From Catajapyx aquilonaris (lineage: Eukaryota), in the NCBI GenBank assembly GCA_000934665.2, contig KZ538693.1, forward strand, positions 1 through 53,782: 53,782 nt of DNA, written 5' to 3'. Every line of letters starts with the position of its first letter. Position 1 is the stretch's first letter. A program made the position numbers and the translations under genes. Below the pieces are notes generated by a model, which was given only the letters and a program-made list of their open reading frames with translations, did no database searches and was not told the origin of the DNA. Below are positions 24,762-35,681 of the stretch, piece by piece.

Positions 24762-25485
24762 GTAAGATTCGCACTCGCCAAAAAAATAGATCCGAATTAG
24801 CAACAATGCTCTCTACTATGTACTATAGACAGATTCGTGTACTTTTAATGTAAATAATAGTATGGCATGTGGAGTTCATTATCAATTAATTGAAGGAAGC
24901 AAAAAATTGTTAATCGATCGGGACAAGAATCAGCAACAATGGTCAGCAGGGTTGGCAACCAAACCTCATATTGTTAGTGGACATTGCATACGAACACATG
25001 CTAAACATGTTGTTTACTACTTATGGCAACACTTTGCAATTGTTGTTCATTGTTCTATTTTCTTGCTGCGCTTTCAAGCCCGGAAAAATACCAATGGGCA
25101 ACAATGCAGTTTTAAAAAATTGAAGCACAGTAATTGGCAGCAACCTGGATGTCTTCCCAAATTTTTGCTACATATGCTGTACATTTTTTGGGCAATTTCA
25201 ATTTCAATAGATTTTTTCATGGTGCTGACAAGGTGCCTTGAAACGTTTATCCTGTATGTCAGACTCATCCGCAAAGCAGGAGAGGCATGAGGGTAGCCCT
25301 AAATGGACAGGATGAAGCTTTTTATTCCAGCCAAGAAACTCTTGAAAGCTAGGGGATGTTTGCCATGGATACGGCCAGCATGAAATAACTAAACGCGCTT
25401 CAGATGAAACGTGTTTCTGAAGCAAATGCTGAATATTTATAATAATTTTGGACAAATATAATTGTGCGCATTGCATCAATGTATA

Positions 25486-25633
25486 TGTATCAACAGTCCA
25501 AAAAGAATTGTCCCTCGCATCGAGCGGGCAGCCACGCGTCAGGATGAAAGGAACGAGTTAACTGGTTGCTTTCATCCTGACGCGTGGCTGCCCGCTCGAG
25601 GCGAGGGACAATTCTTTTTGAACTGTTGATACA
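25486..25633. repeat. 148-bp near-perfect loopless palindrome
   Basis: Symmetric about GTT|AAC at 25559/25560 with few mismatches. Confidence 0.93.
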
Positions 25634-26069
25634 GTGCTATGGATTGGTCAATAAAAGAATGCAACCGAGTACGCACAGGATGCAATCCAGGAATGAGAAG
25701 TGATTTGTGCGTAAGCGATATGAGCTGTTGAATGTTACACTTCTTTTTGACACTGGTGGGATGGTGGGCTCCTCTGCGGCGTTGCCAGAGCCACTCAAAG
25801 GACAGCTAAGGCAAGCACATGATGAATGTGGTAATGTTGTAGGTCTTGGGAGTACTGGTGTTGCGTTCTTAAAGTGACTGATCTTTAGACATAAATGGTG
25901 TCGTAGGGTACTGGTGGCGCCACAAGCTTTTTGCCACCATCAGCTCATGGCGCCACCAGTACGACATCATTAATATCAGCCATTCTACACTTCACCTTGC
26001 CAGGATGCTGATGGTTATCAATGTCCATAACTCATGTTACGTCCTGTACTTTTTGACGTGTTTCCTCAG

Positions 26070-26174
26070 GCAACCTCGAGGACTTGGAGGTCGCAGTCGG
26101 GAACCTGGCTGAAGAGCTTATCAAGGAGACTGTCTACCAGTTTTGGCATGCTATGCGGAATCTGATTGGATTAA
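26070..26174 (+). CDS. PEX19-like gene exon 2
   Basis: Acceptor TTTCCTCAG|G, open frame GNLEDLEVAVGNLAEELIKETVYQFWHAMRNLIGL, donor A|GTAAGT; phase 1 at both ends. Confidence 0.62.
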
Positions 26175-26237
26175 GTAAGTCTCATTAAGTTTCTTTACCA
26201 AAACATTTGGAACCACGCATGTTTTCTCCGTATGAAG

Positions 26238-27316
26238 ACACAGCGGACCTGAAGGCCTTCTTTGGCCGCGACTCTCCTGCAGCCAGCAAGGAGGAGCCAG
26301 GAGCAGGAGGTGGCGAGTCTGGCCTAGAGGACGTGGGCAGCACGGAAGAGGCGGTGAAGGCGGTGGCGCCCCCTGAAGGAGAGCATCGCGAGGAGAAGGG
26401 CGGAGGTGAAGGGGCTGCTGTGGCTGCCAGCGACCAGTACAATCGCTTGGACAAGTCAGATGAGGTGATGGCAGCCAGGTTCCCAGACTGGACCCTCGGA
26501 CTCCACATGCTGAACGACTCGCTACTGCAGGAGGTGGAGCACAGCCTGCGAGGTCTGACCGGCAAAATGGACATTGCCCAGGGAGCTGAGGACGAGGACA
26601 ACTGGGACGAGGAGCCCAGCCTGCGAGGTCTGACTGGAAAAATGGACACTGCCCAGGGAGCTGAGGACGAGGACAACTGGGACGAGGAGCTGCCAGGCAA
26701 TACTGGCCAGCATGAAGCAGACGGCCTGGAGGAAGAGGCTGCTGGAGGCGCAGTGGGTATGGAGCCAGACCCATACTACAATGAGACAGTGTTTAGGGAG
26801 TACCTGAGGTCCCTGAAGAAGAAGGTGCAGAAGGATCTGGATGAGAACTGGGTCTACTTCAAGGAGGGAGCCAAGAGGGCTGCAGACCAGTGGGTCGAGG
26901 GGTCCAAGACCCTGGCTGTCCTCCTGGCTGAAGGGATCAAGTACCTGGAGTGTAGGGCACATAAGGACAGTGAGGAGCCCTCAGAGGAGACCCTCTGCAA
27001 GATGCTTGCAAATATTGGACTCAGCCAGGACCGTGTGGACAAAGGGGACCTGACAGCCTTCGAGCTGTGGCTGCAGGACCTGGTCCGTCTCCTCATCTCC
27101 AAGCTTATCTACCCTCAGATGCTGTCAGCCTCGAAGAGGTTCCCACAGTGGCTGGAGAAACAGGAGAACGTCATGCCTGAGTCTACCCTTCAAGAGTACC
27201 ACCAGCAGTACAACCTGCTCAAGGAGGCCCTGGTGCACATGGAGAACGAGAAGGCAGCCAAAGACACCCTGGAGAGGAAACAGGCATTCACCAGATGCCT
27301 CAAGTCCATCTGCTTG
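26238..27316 (+). CDS. PEX19: PEX19-like gene exon 3 (acidic region plus Pex19 C-terminal helical domain)
   Basis: GC-rich open frame. LISKLIYPQMLSASKRFPQWLEKQENVMPESTLQEYHQQY resembles the PEX19 LSKDVLYP..KYPEWL..YQEQ segment. Donor TTG|GTGAG. An alternative acceptor at 26244 is also in phase. Confidence 0.8.
26543..26692 (+). repeat. Coding tandem duplication, 2 x 75 bp (SLRGLTGKMD[I/T]AQGAEDEDNWDEE)
   Basis: Direct repeat visible in both DNA and protein. Confidence 0.93.
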
Positions 27317-27538
27317 GTGAGGGAATCAATGGTGTCGTACTGGTGGTGCCACGAGCCAATGACCGTGTAAGAGCGAATCGAAAGTTGCTTTCGTATGACC
27401 GCCTTCACTTAATCAAGTTGATATGGAGGCAACTTTCAATTCGCCATTTTCCCGCCATCGGCTCATGGCGCCACTAGTATGACACCATTAATGTCCAGCA
27501 CTGTGCATCTGACCAATGTCCGTTTGTCCACATTTCAG

Positions 27539-27715
27539 AGCTTAGCGATGGGCCAATACCCAGCTGAGATAATGGATGACGACGAATATGAAGAGGGACA
27601 GGATGACCTGATGTACTCTCAGGACCTGTCCGTAGGTCACATCCCTGAAAGGACCATGGATGGAGTGTGTTTGTGCCAGGCAGCAGAGGAGGCCAACAAG
27701 TGTACCCTCATGTAA
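27539..27715 (+). CDS. PEX19: PEX19-like gene exon 4 (ends in CaaX box CTLM)
   Basis: Acceptor TTTCAG|; SLAMGQYPAEIM resembles PEX19 LQDLGHPPKEL; ends NKCTLM-stop; AATAAA at 27749-27754. Confidence 0.8.
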   Translation, partial: SLAMGQYPAEIMDDDEYEEGQDDLMYSQDLSVGHIPERTMDGVCLCQAAEEANKCTLM

Positions 27716-28968
27716 GCAGCATGACAAATATCTTGGTTACAAAGTTGAAATAAAGTTGAAGCCATTGTTTCACTCGAGCCTGAGTTTTAAAAGCCTCCTT
27801 GAAACTTTCAATTGGACCCTGTGCGCTTGTTGGCAGGATGTTAGATAGTCCTCTCTCTGGTTTTTAGAGTTAGGCTTTGTGGCCTGCAGATGTGCATAAT
27901 TTTGGGCAGGCACCTACATTTTGTTTGATCTGGACTTTCATCTTGCCTAGAAAGGAAGAGCTGGAGAATGACTTGAATGAGGTCGAAATGAAAGTGGGCT
28001 ACAAAGAAGACCATTTTTTTTCTTTTTCTTTCCAACTCCATTTTTTTGAAAATCATTCTTCTCTGATCACTTGTCCTTTATGGGCCGTCGCATTTCATTT
28101 CAAGTGAAAGGATCTTCTTTGCAGCCTCGTATAGACAAATAAGAAGTCCAATAGAAAAAGAGGTGTCCACTAGATTGCTTGGCATGAGGAAAGGCTGCCT
28201 AACGTTTAAGGAAAGGGCTGGTGGTTCGGGGCCTGGCGCTGTGGGGCAGACGAGTGCTGGGACTGAGCTGGAGGACCAAACATTTTAATTTTTCTTGTTA
28301 TGCTTATAGGAATGGGTGGAGGGCCTTTCTAGGCTATATTGCCCAATAAAACTCTGTTGCCTAACGTTTGAAATAATATACGGCTCCCGCAAGCTCATAA
28401 AATTGTTAAAGTAACTTCCTGCTAAAATGGACTTTTTCCCCTTTAAAAATACCAGAAAAGTAATATTCCAAGAGCCTTCCATGTACAAACGTCAGGATTT
28501 GAAAATGGACCTGCCCCTCCTTCCCCTTTTACATAAATTGCTTCTGTGGCTGTCGAGTCAAGTGCTTCTGCACTCTGACCTCAAGAAAAGAAGACTCTTC
28601 CAAATTCCCCTTCTCTTTTTTTCCACTGCAAGGCTTTTGGGGGCCCACCAAAACCTTTTTTTTTGTTATACCCAACTCTAGTTTTGCGGACATAGAATGG
28701 ATTCAGAGTGACTTCACCTTCCAGAGAAGCTCCATAAAGGAGATGGATCCAAACCTCACTTGACCCATTTCCACCACAAGAATTACCATTTTATTTTTTT
28801 GGATCGTTTACTTTTTTAAAAAGAAAGATGGGATTAAAACTGGAGAAAATTGAGCTCCTTGACATATTTTTACTGCTGAATCATCCCCATTTCTGTTTAA
28901 CTTTGAACTTGTTTAAAAGATTCAATTTCAATACCCTAAAATGCATAATTGTTCGCCACAAATATCAA

Positions 28969-29355
28969 CAGTACCGCTCACAAAGAATGGTACGACTCTA
29001 TGGACAAAATGTTTATTCTGTTCCCAACCCCTGGGTCACCAACATGTTTTAGGGGTCATGAGGAAGGCTGGGAAAGGGCAATTAAAATCAAGAAAAAAAA
29101 AAGAAGAAAAGAACAAGGCAAAGTAAGAAAATTTAAGGGTGTAAATTCATCTCAAATCTATGTAAGCATTGTACCAGGTTGAACATTTAGGTAATAAAAT
29201 ATTTCGGAAAAAGTTGGGAGGGGGTCATATGGGTCGCCAGAGATCTAGGATAAGTTGTCCATAGTGTCGCGATGAAATCAGGTTGGGAATAATGCTGGAT
29301 AGTCAGAATAAACACGTCGTCCATAGAGTCATACCATTCTTTATGAGCGGGACTG
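28969..29355. mobile_element. Tc1/mariner-type MITE, family copy 2
   Basis: CAGTACCGCTC...GAGCGGGACTG|TA; inverted homolog of 6413-6794. Confidence 0.85.
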
Positions 29356-29485
29356 TACGTATATAGTAATGTCTAATGTGTCAATACATGACATACAGTA
29401 GATGAAATTTTAATATTTACCAACATGGTGGCCAACCCATGTGGCACTAGGATCCCAGTAAAAGAAAGGCATTTATATAGCTTAA

Positions 29486-30410
29486 AGGGACACTCCACTC
29501 AAAATAGAAGTTGGCCCCCAAAAATCGGGCAAAACAATACGATTCCAACGACACCAATAATTATTTTTTCCGATGAACGATGACCCCAGGGGAACCAGAT
29601 CATTATGCGTATTTTGGCGACACGGTTGCAACCGTATGCTACTGTTCACGACACCTGCGCCACCTATCGGGAGGGATTGAAAAAAGGGGGGTCATGCCGA
29701 GAATCCAAGAGGCGAATCAGTCATCAACCTGCAGCAAACTTCCTCCTCCTGCCTCTTCATTGCAGCACAATTGCCACACTGGCACCATTCCTGAACAGGT
29801 CGTCGGGGATGGGATTGTGGACCTGCTGTTGTGGCAGCTTCGGCGTTGCCCACTTCTTGCTCTACTTCCCCCTCCGCCTCCTCCTCCTCCTCTTCCTCCT
29901 CTTCCTCTTCCTCCTCGTCGTCGTCATCGGGGTGGTAAGTTGCAGTGTACACATAACGTGCTGCAAGTGCCTCTGCCTCATATGTGGCCACCCCGTCGTC
30001 ATACAGCTCGCACTGGTAGGGCCGCAGGGGAGGTGCGAGGGCGCCGGGATGGACTCTACCTGTGTCAGAGCTACAGCCGGCCTCCGAAACATCGAGTGCA
30101 CTAACAGACCCGACCTTTCTGTGGTCCGCCATCCTCCACATCAGGTTCGGCTCGAAAGTGCTCGAAGCTGGCGCGCTAGTGTTGCCTAGCGCGCCTGGCG
30201 CGGCAGTTGTTACAGTTGTACACGCTACACTTTTCCGGTTTGCCGCGGGATGGTGTTGTATCGCCCTCCTTAGCAGACGACGTGTGTAGATATATGATTT
30301 TACGTGTTACCGTTGGGCGCAGAAAAAAAAAAAAAACGATTGCACATTCGGAATCATGATTTTTTTCCCGATTGTTGGGGGCCAACTTGTATTTTGAGTG
30401 GAGTGTCCCT
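29486..30410 (-). mobile_element. Kolobok-like non-autonomous DNA transposon with Cys-rich (KolX / P2X7 C-terminal-like) ORF remnant
   Basis: TTAA|AGGGACACTCCACTCAAAATA...TATTTTGAGTGGAGTGTCCCT|TTAA with ~60-bp TIRs; - strand ORF 29692-30141 contains EWCQCGNCAAM...EEVCC. Confidence 0.8.
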
Positions 30411-31595
30411 TTAAGACACCCATTCTTAACTTGTCAAGTTATATAACTTCTTTTTTCATAATTTCTAAAATAATTGCAATGCAGCCTGCTGGCAAAGTCA
30501 AGAAAGCTGTAGGCCTCACATGCAATAGTTCAGTTCTTTAGGATAAGTTGAATTCTAAAAATCATAAATAAACTTCGTTTCAATTATTATTGTCAGTTTT
30601 TGAAGCTGATGGCATATATGCACAAATGCCATTTGGATTAATTGACTTCACCCAGCAATGGAAACTTATTAAGATTAAATTAGCTCAATTTTCTTGAAAT
30701 CATCATGTAAGCTTCCAGCATTAAGCTGATGTGGTTGGTGGCTCAGGGGGTGTTAACAGTCTTTGCAGCTGGCCCTTGACTGAAATGTTCAACTTATGTT
30801 TGTTACCGAAAATAACAGCATGTTTCAAATTACTACTTGTTTATTTATGAATTTTGGAGCTCAAGTTGCCAATGGATTGAGCCCTTCCTTTAAAAATTAA
30901 CATCTTTAACCTGAGATAATTAAGTAAAATATTTGACTGATTGTTTTTTTGTTTTGTTTTTTTAGCTTTACCCAATTAGAGGGAACAGAGCCCTTTTAAG
31001 GGAGTGGATTACCACCATTTGATTGATTGATTGATTGATTGGGCTATTTTGATGGCACAAAAGAAACAGCGGCTATACTGCTAAAATTGCTAGAATCCAT
31101 GACTTGAGCTTATCAGGGGATGATCTCACTGCCAAAATCTGGATGGCAAGCTAGTATCAAACTTGCAATTATTATCATAGCTTGCAAATGCATTGGCCCA
31201 ACCAGTGATCACTATGCTCCACAAAAACGCCTAAAGCTGCGGACTTATTATATGCACTTTCATTTACCTTATAATAGATTACATTCCAATAGTATTAATT
31301 GTAATGATGCGAACTAGCTTGTTGCATGTCATCCAGATTATGTGGCTAAAGCATTGGGGAGGTGACTTTTTTCCCTGGAAATGGCACTTGTGCATAGAAA
31401 GAACTGTGGCTTCTCAGTAATGATGTTAATGCATGTGATTAAAATAAGAGGCCTGCTTCTCACACTACTTTAAAAAATACATAAAAACCATTCAAGTAGT
31501 TTCTTGCTGGCGGTAAATCCATCAAAATAAGAATTATTCCCCCATAAGGAATCATAAAAATGATAACATCAGATATTATAAAACAAGTAACTTAC

Positions 31596-31769
31596 CTCTC
31601 AAATCAAATGTAAATGATATCCTGTTGGCAAACATTGCACGACAGCACCCAATCAATTCATACCCAGAGATAGCTTCTGGATCCTGCAGCCATTTGTCGT
31701 TGGTCTCACTATTAGATGCACCCACATATACTCCAGTCATGGAGCCTCGCAACGATACTGGATTCACTC
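31596..31769 (-). CDS. FASN: FASN coding exon 3 (KS)
   Basis: VNPVSLRGSMTGVYVGAS...CCRAMFANRISFTFDLRG; donor AG|GTAAG. Confidence 0.93.
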
Positions 31770-31827
31770 CTGAAAACAGCTTGCATTAATTTGGTTAAAG
31801 AGTAACATCAGGCATCTGATAAACAAC

Positions 31828-31980
31828 CTGCATCTACAATCGCCTCATAGGTGACCTCTAATAATAGCCGTAGTTGAGGATCCATTGCCTTTGCTTGCTT
31901 GGCATGAACTCCAAAAAAATTGGCATCAAATTTGGAAATGTCCTTCAGCTTTCCACATCGTGATGGCAATCCATACAACC
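31828..31980 (-). CDS. FASN: FASN coding exon 2 (KS)
   Basis: [56 protein letters not shown] ends; read manually because it is absent from the ORF track. Confidence 0.92.
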
Positions 31981-32671
31981 CTAGAATGATAATTTGTTAG
32001 TATACTAATGGGAGACTTGTTCTTATCACAGGAATTACTGAATGAATTGAATGCATGAAATAAGTAACCACACATCAGACCCCACGTCATGGTTCCAGGG
32101 TTAAAGGTGATATTATATCAGAGCTTTGAAAATTCTGTGTGTTCACAGAAATCATAGCTTAAAACATGTTTCAACAAGACCTATTGTGGCCTGAATAAGG
32201 GTGTGCAGCAGCATTTCTTGAAGTTAGGCAATAAGCTACCATATGTTATATTGACACAATCATATAGTTGATGGACATGATCCCTCTAAGTTCAGGTGCT
32301 TATAAGGGAGCATCTTGTCAATTGGTGAAATATGATCAAACAGCAGCAAAATAACATTAATATACAGGAAAGAACACACATGGTCCACAGTTATAATGTG
32401 TGTGACAGTACTCAGCTGAAACTGCAGAACAAAAACAAAGCACACCATTACAAAGACCAACAGAAGACAACACCAAACCAAGACATCCATGCCTAACTCA
32501 AACACATTTCTTGTTTTGCAGGCATACCCAGTAAGTTCTGAAAAACTCGAACTCAATTCGTGTATAGGGACAAAATTGTCTTTCTTTACTACTGAGAGTG
32601 CTACTGAGTATACCCTTGTCACTGATAAACAAACTTTCTGTTGCAGCAAACTGATGTAGTAGTTTGATAAT

Positions 32672-34586
32672 GGGTCATTCCATGTCAATTCACCGAGGCT
32701 CCGGACCCTTGGGTTGTCAGTCATGACGAAATTCGGCTCGTCGCGTCACGTCGGTTTGGTTACCTCCCAGAAGAATACCATTTGAGCTGTTTTGCGATGT
32801 ACCCCCCCCCCCTACCCGGAGATACGCCCACCGGAAAAAAACGGCCTTTTCCGGCCTTTTCGGAAAATAGGGGTCTCAGAAATGGGATATATCTCGTGAA
32901 CCAATTGATCTACAGACGTCTTAGACCACTCTATTTGAAGGGATTCGAGAGCCCAATCTACCTTAACCGTAAAAATAAGGAATTTCACTTTTTTGAAAAT
33001 TTTGTCTCAATTTGAAAATTGTGATGTTTTTTTTTGAAAAATTACCTACAAATTTAAAAATCCGATTTTTAAATATGTTACACCTCAGACCTTGACCTTG
33101 ACAAGGAAAAATCTGTAGGAAGTAATTTTCCATTTAAGGAAGAAAAATGCATCTGAAGGAACCCCTGCGCACAGCGGGCGTATGCGATGCACCCAAATTG
33201 GCGATAATCGGTCCCAGCCTGCAGGCTCCATGAAAGGTGTTCTCCAAATATACAGTGGGTCATGGGACAATGCTGAGAGTTCCTAAGGGGAAACACATCA
33301 CTACATTTACTTAACTTATATGTATTCATGGCAAAAAATATTGTCCTTTTACCATTTTGGCATAATTGCAAAGCATGTCAAGTTGCCACTTAAATATAAA
33401 ACAAAATGTTCAGGTTGATGGCACACCACAGCTTCAAAAGTTGTTATATAAAACAGAGAAAGAGGGGAAGGGAGAGAGGGCAATTACCCCATTATAGTGT
33501 ACCCGTGGGAGCGTGGGGGACCCATCTTCCTAGAATTGGGAGATGGGCGGCTCATTGCACGCGAGACACTACACTATGTCCTATAGAATCGTAGTATTAT
33601 CATATTTCACTTCCAAAAATGGGTCATTTGCTGACCTGGTCCCCTTCCATTCTGTGGTTGTGCAAACGCTGACATTCGGTAAAATCACTGGCAGAGTCTC
33701 TCTGTTCTATAGACCTGAAACAAAGTAAGTTTAAAACAACAATAGTCTATCTATGTATACACAATTTACACCTCCTTTAGACGAGTAAAAAAAAGAGAAA
33801 TAAATGGTAAATTGGGATACGTAGCTCTGCATGACACATGGGCGCAAGATTCAGTCATGCCAATATTACTGACATGGTGATTGGTCCACACTGCTCTTCT
33901 CTTAGGACATCGGAAGGGTTCATTTTTTGTGTTTGTGAGTACCGTATGTGGGGGGGGGGAGGGGGGGGGGGCTCTTTCTCTGTTTCATATAGCAACTTTT
34001 CAAGCTGTGGTGTGCCATCAACCTGAACATTTTGTTTTATATTTAAGTGGCAACTTGACATGCTTTGCAATTTTGCCGAAATGGTAAAAGGACAATATTT
34101 TTTGCCATGAATACATATAAGTAAATGTAGTGATGTGTTTCCCCTTAGGAACATACTCTCAGCGTCGTCCCATGACCCACTGTATATTTGGAGAACACCT
34201 TTCATGGAGGATGGAGCCTGCAGGCTGGGACCGATTCGCGCCAATTTGGGTGCATCGCATACGCCCGCTGTGCGCAGGGGGATGCATTTTTCTTCCTTAA
34301 ATGGAAAATTACCTCCTACAGATTTTTTTCCTTGTCAAGGTCAAGGTCTGAGGTGTAACATATTTAAAAATCGGATTTTTAAATTTGTAGGTAATTTTTC
34401 AAAAAAAACATCACAATTTTCAAATTGAGACAAAATTTTCAAAAAAGTGAAATCCCTTATTTTTACGGTTAAGGTAGATTGGGCTCTCGAATCCCTTCAA
34501 ATAGAGTGGTCTAAGACGTCTGTAGATCAATTGGTTCCCTAGATATATCCCATTTCTGAGATCCCTATTTTCCGAAAAGGCTGGAA
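32672..34586. mobile_element. Foldback element with ~600-bp inverted arms; right terminus missing
   Basis: 32849-33445 is approximately the reverse complement of 33977-34586; left end GGGTCATTCCATGTCAA is shared with the 44530 element. Confidence 0.8.
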
Positions 34587-34811
34587 GATGTAGTGTACAA
34601 GGCTCTGTAATGATGTCACTGATTAGCCACTGTAAGAAAGCCTTTCACAGCTTACTCCAGGTTTTAATTATCCTATCACCAGAGCTCACACCGAAATATC
34701 ACACCAGGGCTACTGTTGCCTATAACTCCAAGGCTCTCCTAGGTGTGCCCTAATCATCAGTAATTACACTAATGTAAGTGCATGATTATATGCCAGCCTC
34801 TCACTCACATA

Positions 34812-35068
34812 GGGCGACACGGTGGCGGAGTGGTTAGCGCCGCAACCTCCCACCTCTAAGGTCCCGAGTTCGATCCCCGGGTCGGACGGAGGATTCTTAT
34901 GTGGATAGAGTTTGCATGGGTTCCCTCCGTGTTCCCGTGGGTTTTCTCAGGGTGCTCCCGTTTCCTCCCACCATCCCATTGCAGGCAATAATTATTACAG
35001 TTGACGTATGAAAAAATGATCCCCTAAGAGGCCTATCGCAGGGTATTTATTATTATTATTATTATGTT
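34812..35068 (+). mobile_element. tRNA-derived SINE, family B (V-domain-like)
   Basis: Homolog of 20824-21096 with A/B boxes and TTA tail. Confidence 0.87.
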
Positions 35069-35577
35069 ATCACTTTAGTTTTTAATATTTTTTGGCTGCA
35101 CATAAGAGAATCTCTCATCTGTGGTGAGTGGTCATGCCGAAACTTGAGAAAGAAATAATTATGTATGCACCCACCCTCTGCCCGCGATTTTTAGCACACC
35201 TACAGCAGGGACTGGGTTGCGCTTATTATCTAAACCAGAGGTTCCCAAACTTTTTGAGTCGCGGAGCACTTATCAGGAGAGATATTCGTGATGGAGCACT
35301 AACATCATCGACGCGACGGCGCGGCGTAAGCAGAAAAAAAAATCTGGGGCGGAGGGGGCAGCGTCAAATTAGTAAATTGGAAGGTGAAGGGCGAAAGGGC
35401 GCCGCAGGCGAAATTTTTTGGGGTTCAAGGTCACACAAGCTACTGAGAGTTTTGAATGGGTATGGCTTATTGAAGAATTCCGTTTTTTTCCAACCTCCTC
35501 GCGGAGCACTAACTTGGAGAAACTCTGATCTAAACCTTCGGAGGGGGTGTATACAGGGGGGGGGGGGGGGGGGGGTT

Positions 35578-35681
35578 NNNNNNNNNNNNNNNNNNNNNNN
35601 NNNNNNNNNNNNNNNNNNNNNNNNNNNNNNNNNNNNNNNNNNNNNNNNNNNNNNNNNNNNNNNNNNNNNNNNNNNNNNNNN
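35578..35681. other. Assembly gap (N run) flanked by poly-G and poly-C
   Basis: ~104 N characters. Confidence 0.99.

Noticed and set aside
26151..27102. - strand ORFs (207, 171, 146 aa) over the PEX19-like exon, and + strand ORFs over FASN and TTLL4 exons
   Set aside because: Antisense shadows of real coding sequence with no recognisable motifs.
27850..28830. Coding-looking segments downstream of the PEX19-like poly(A) signal
   Set aside because: Short frames with no recognisable domain and no consistent splice model.
35578..35681. Missing FASN exon hidden in the assembly gap
   Set aside because: Exon 1 (…RRWPKG) joins exon 2 (LYGLP…) in phase and matches the expected contiguous KS sequence.
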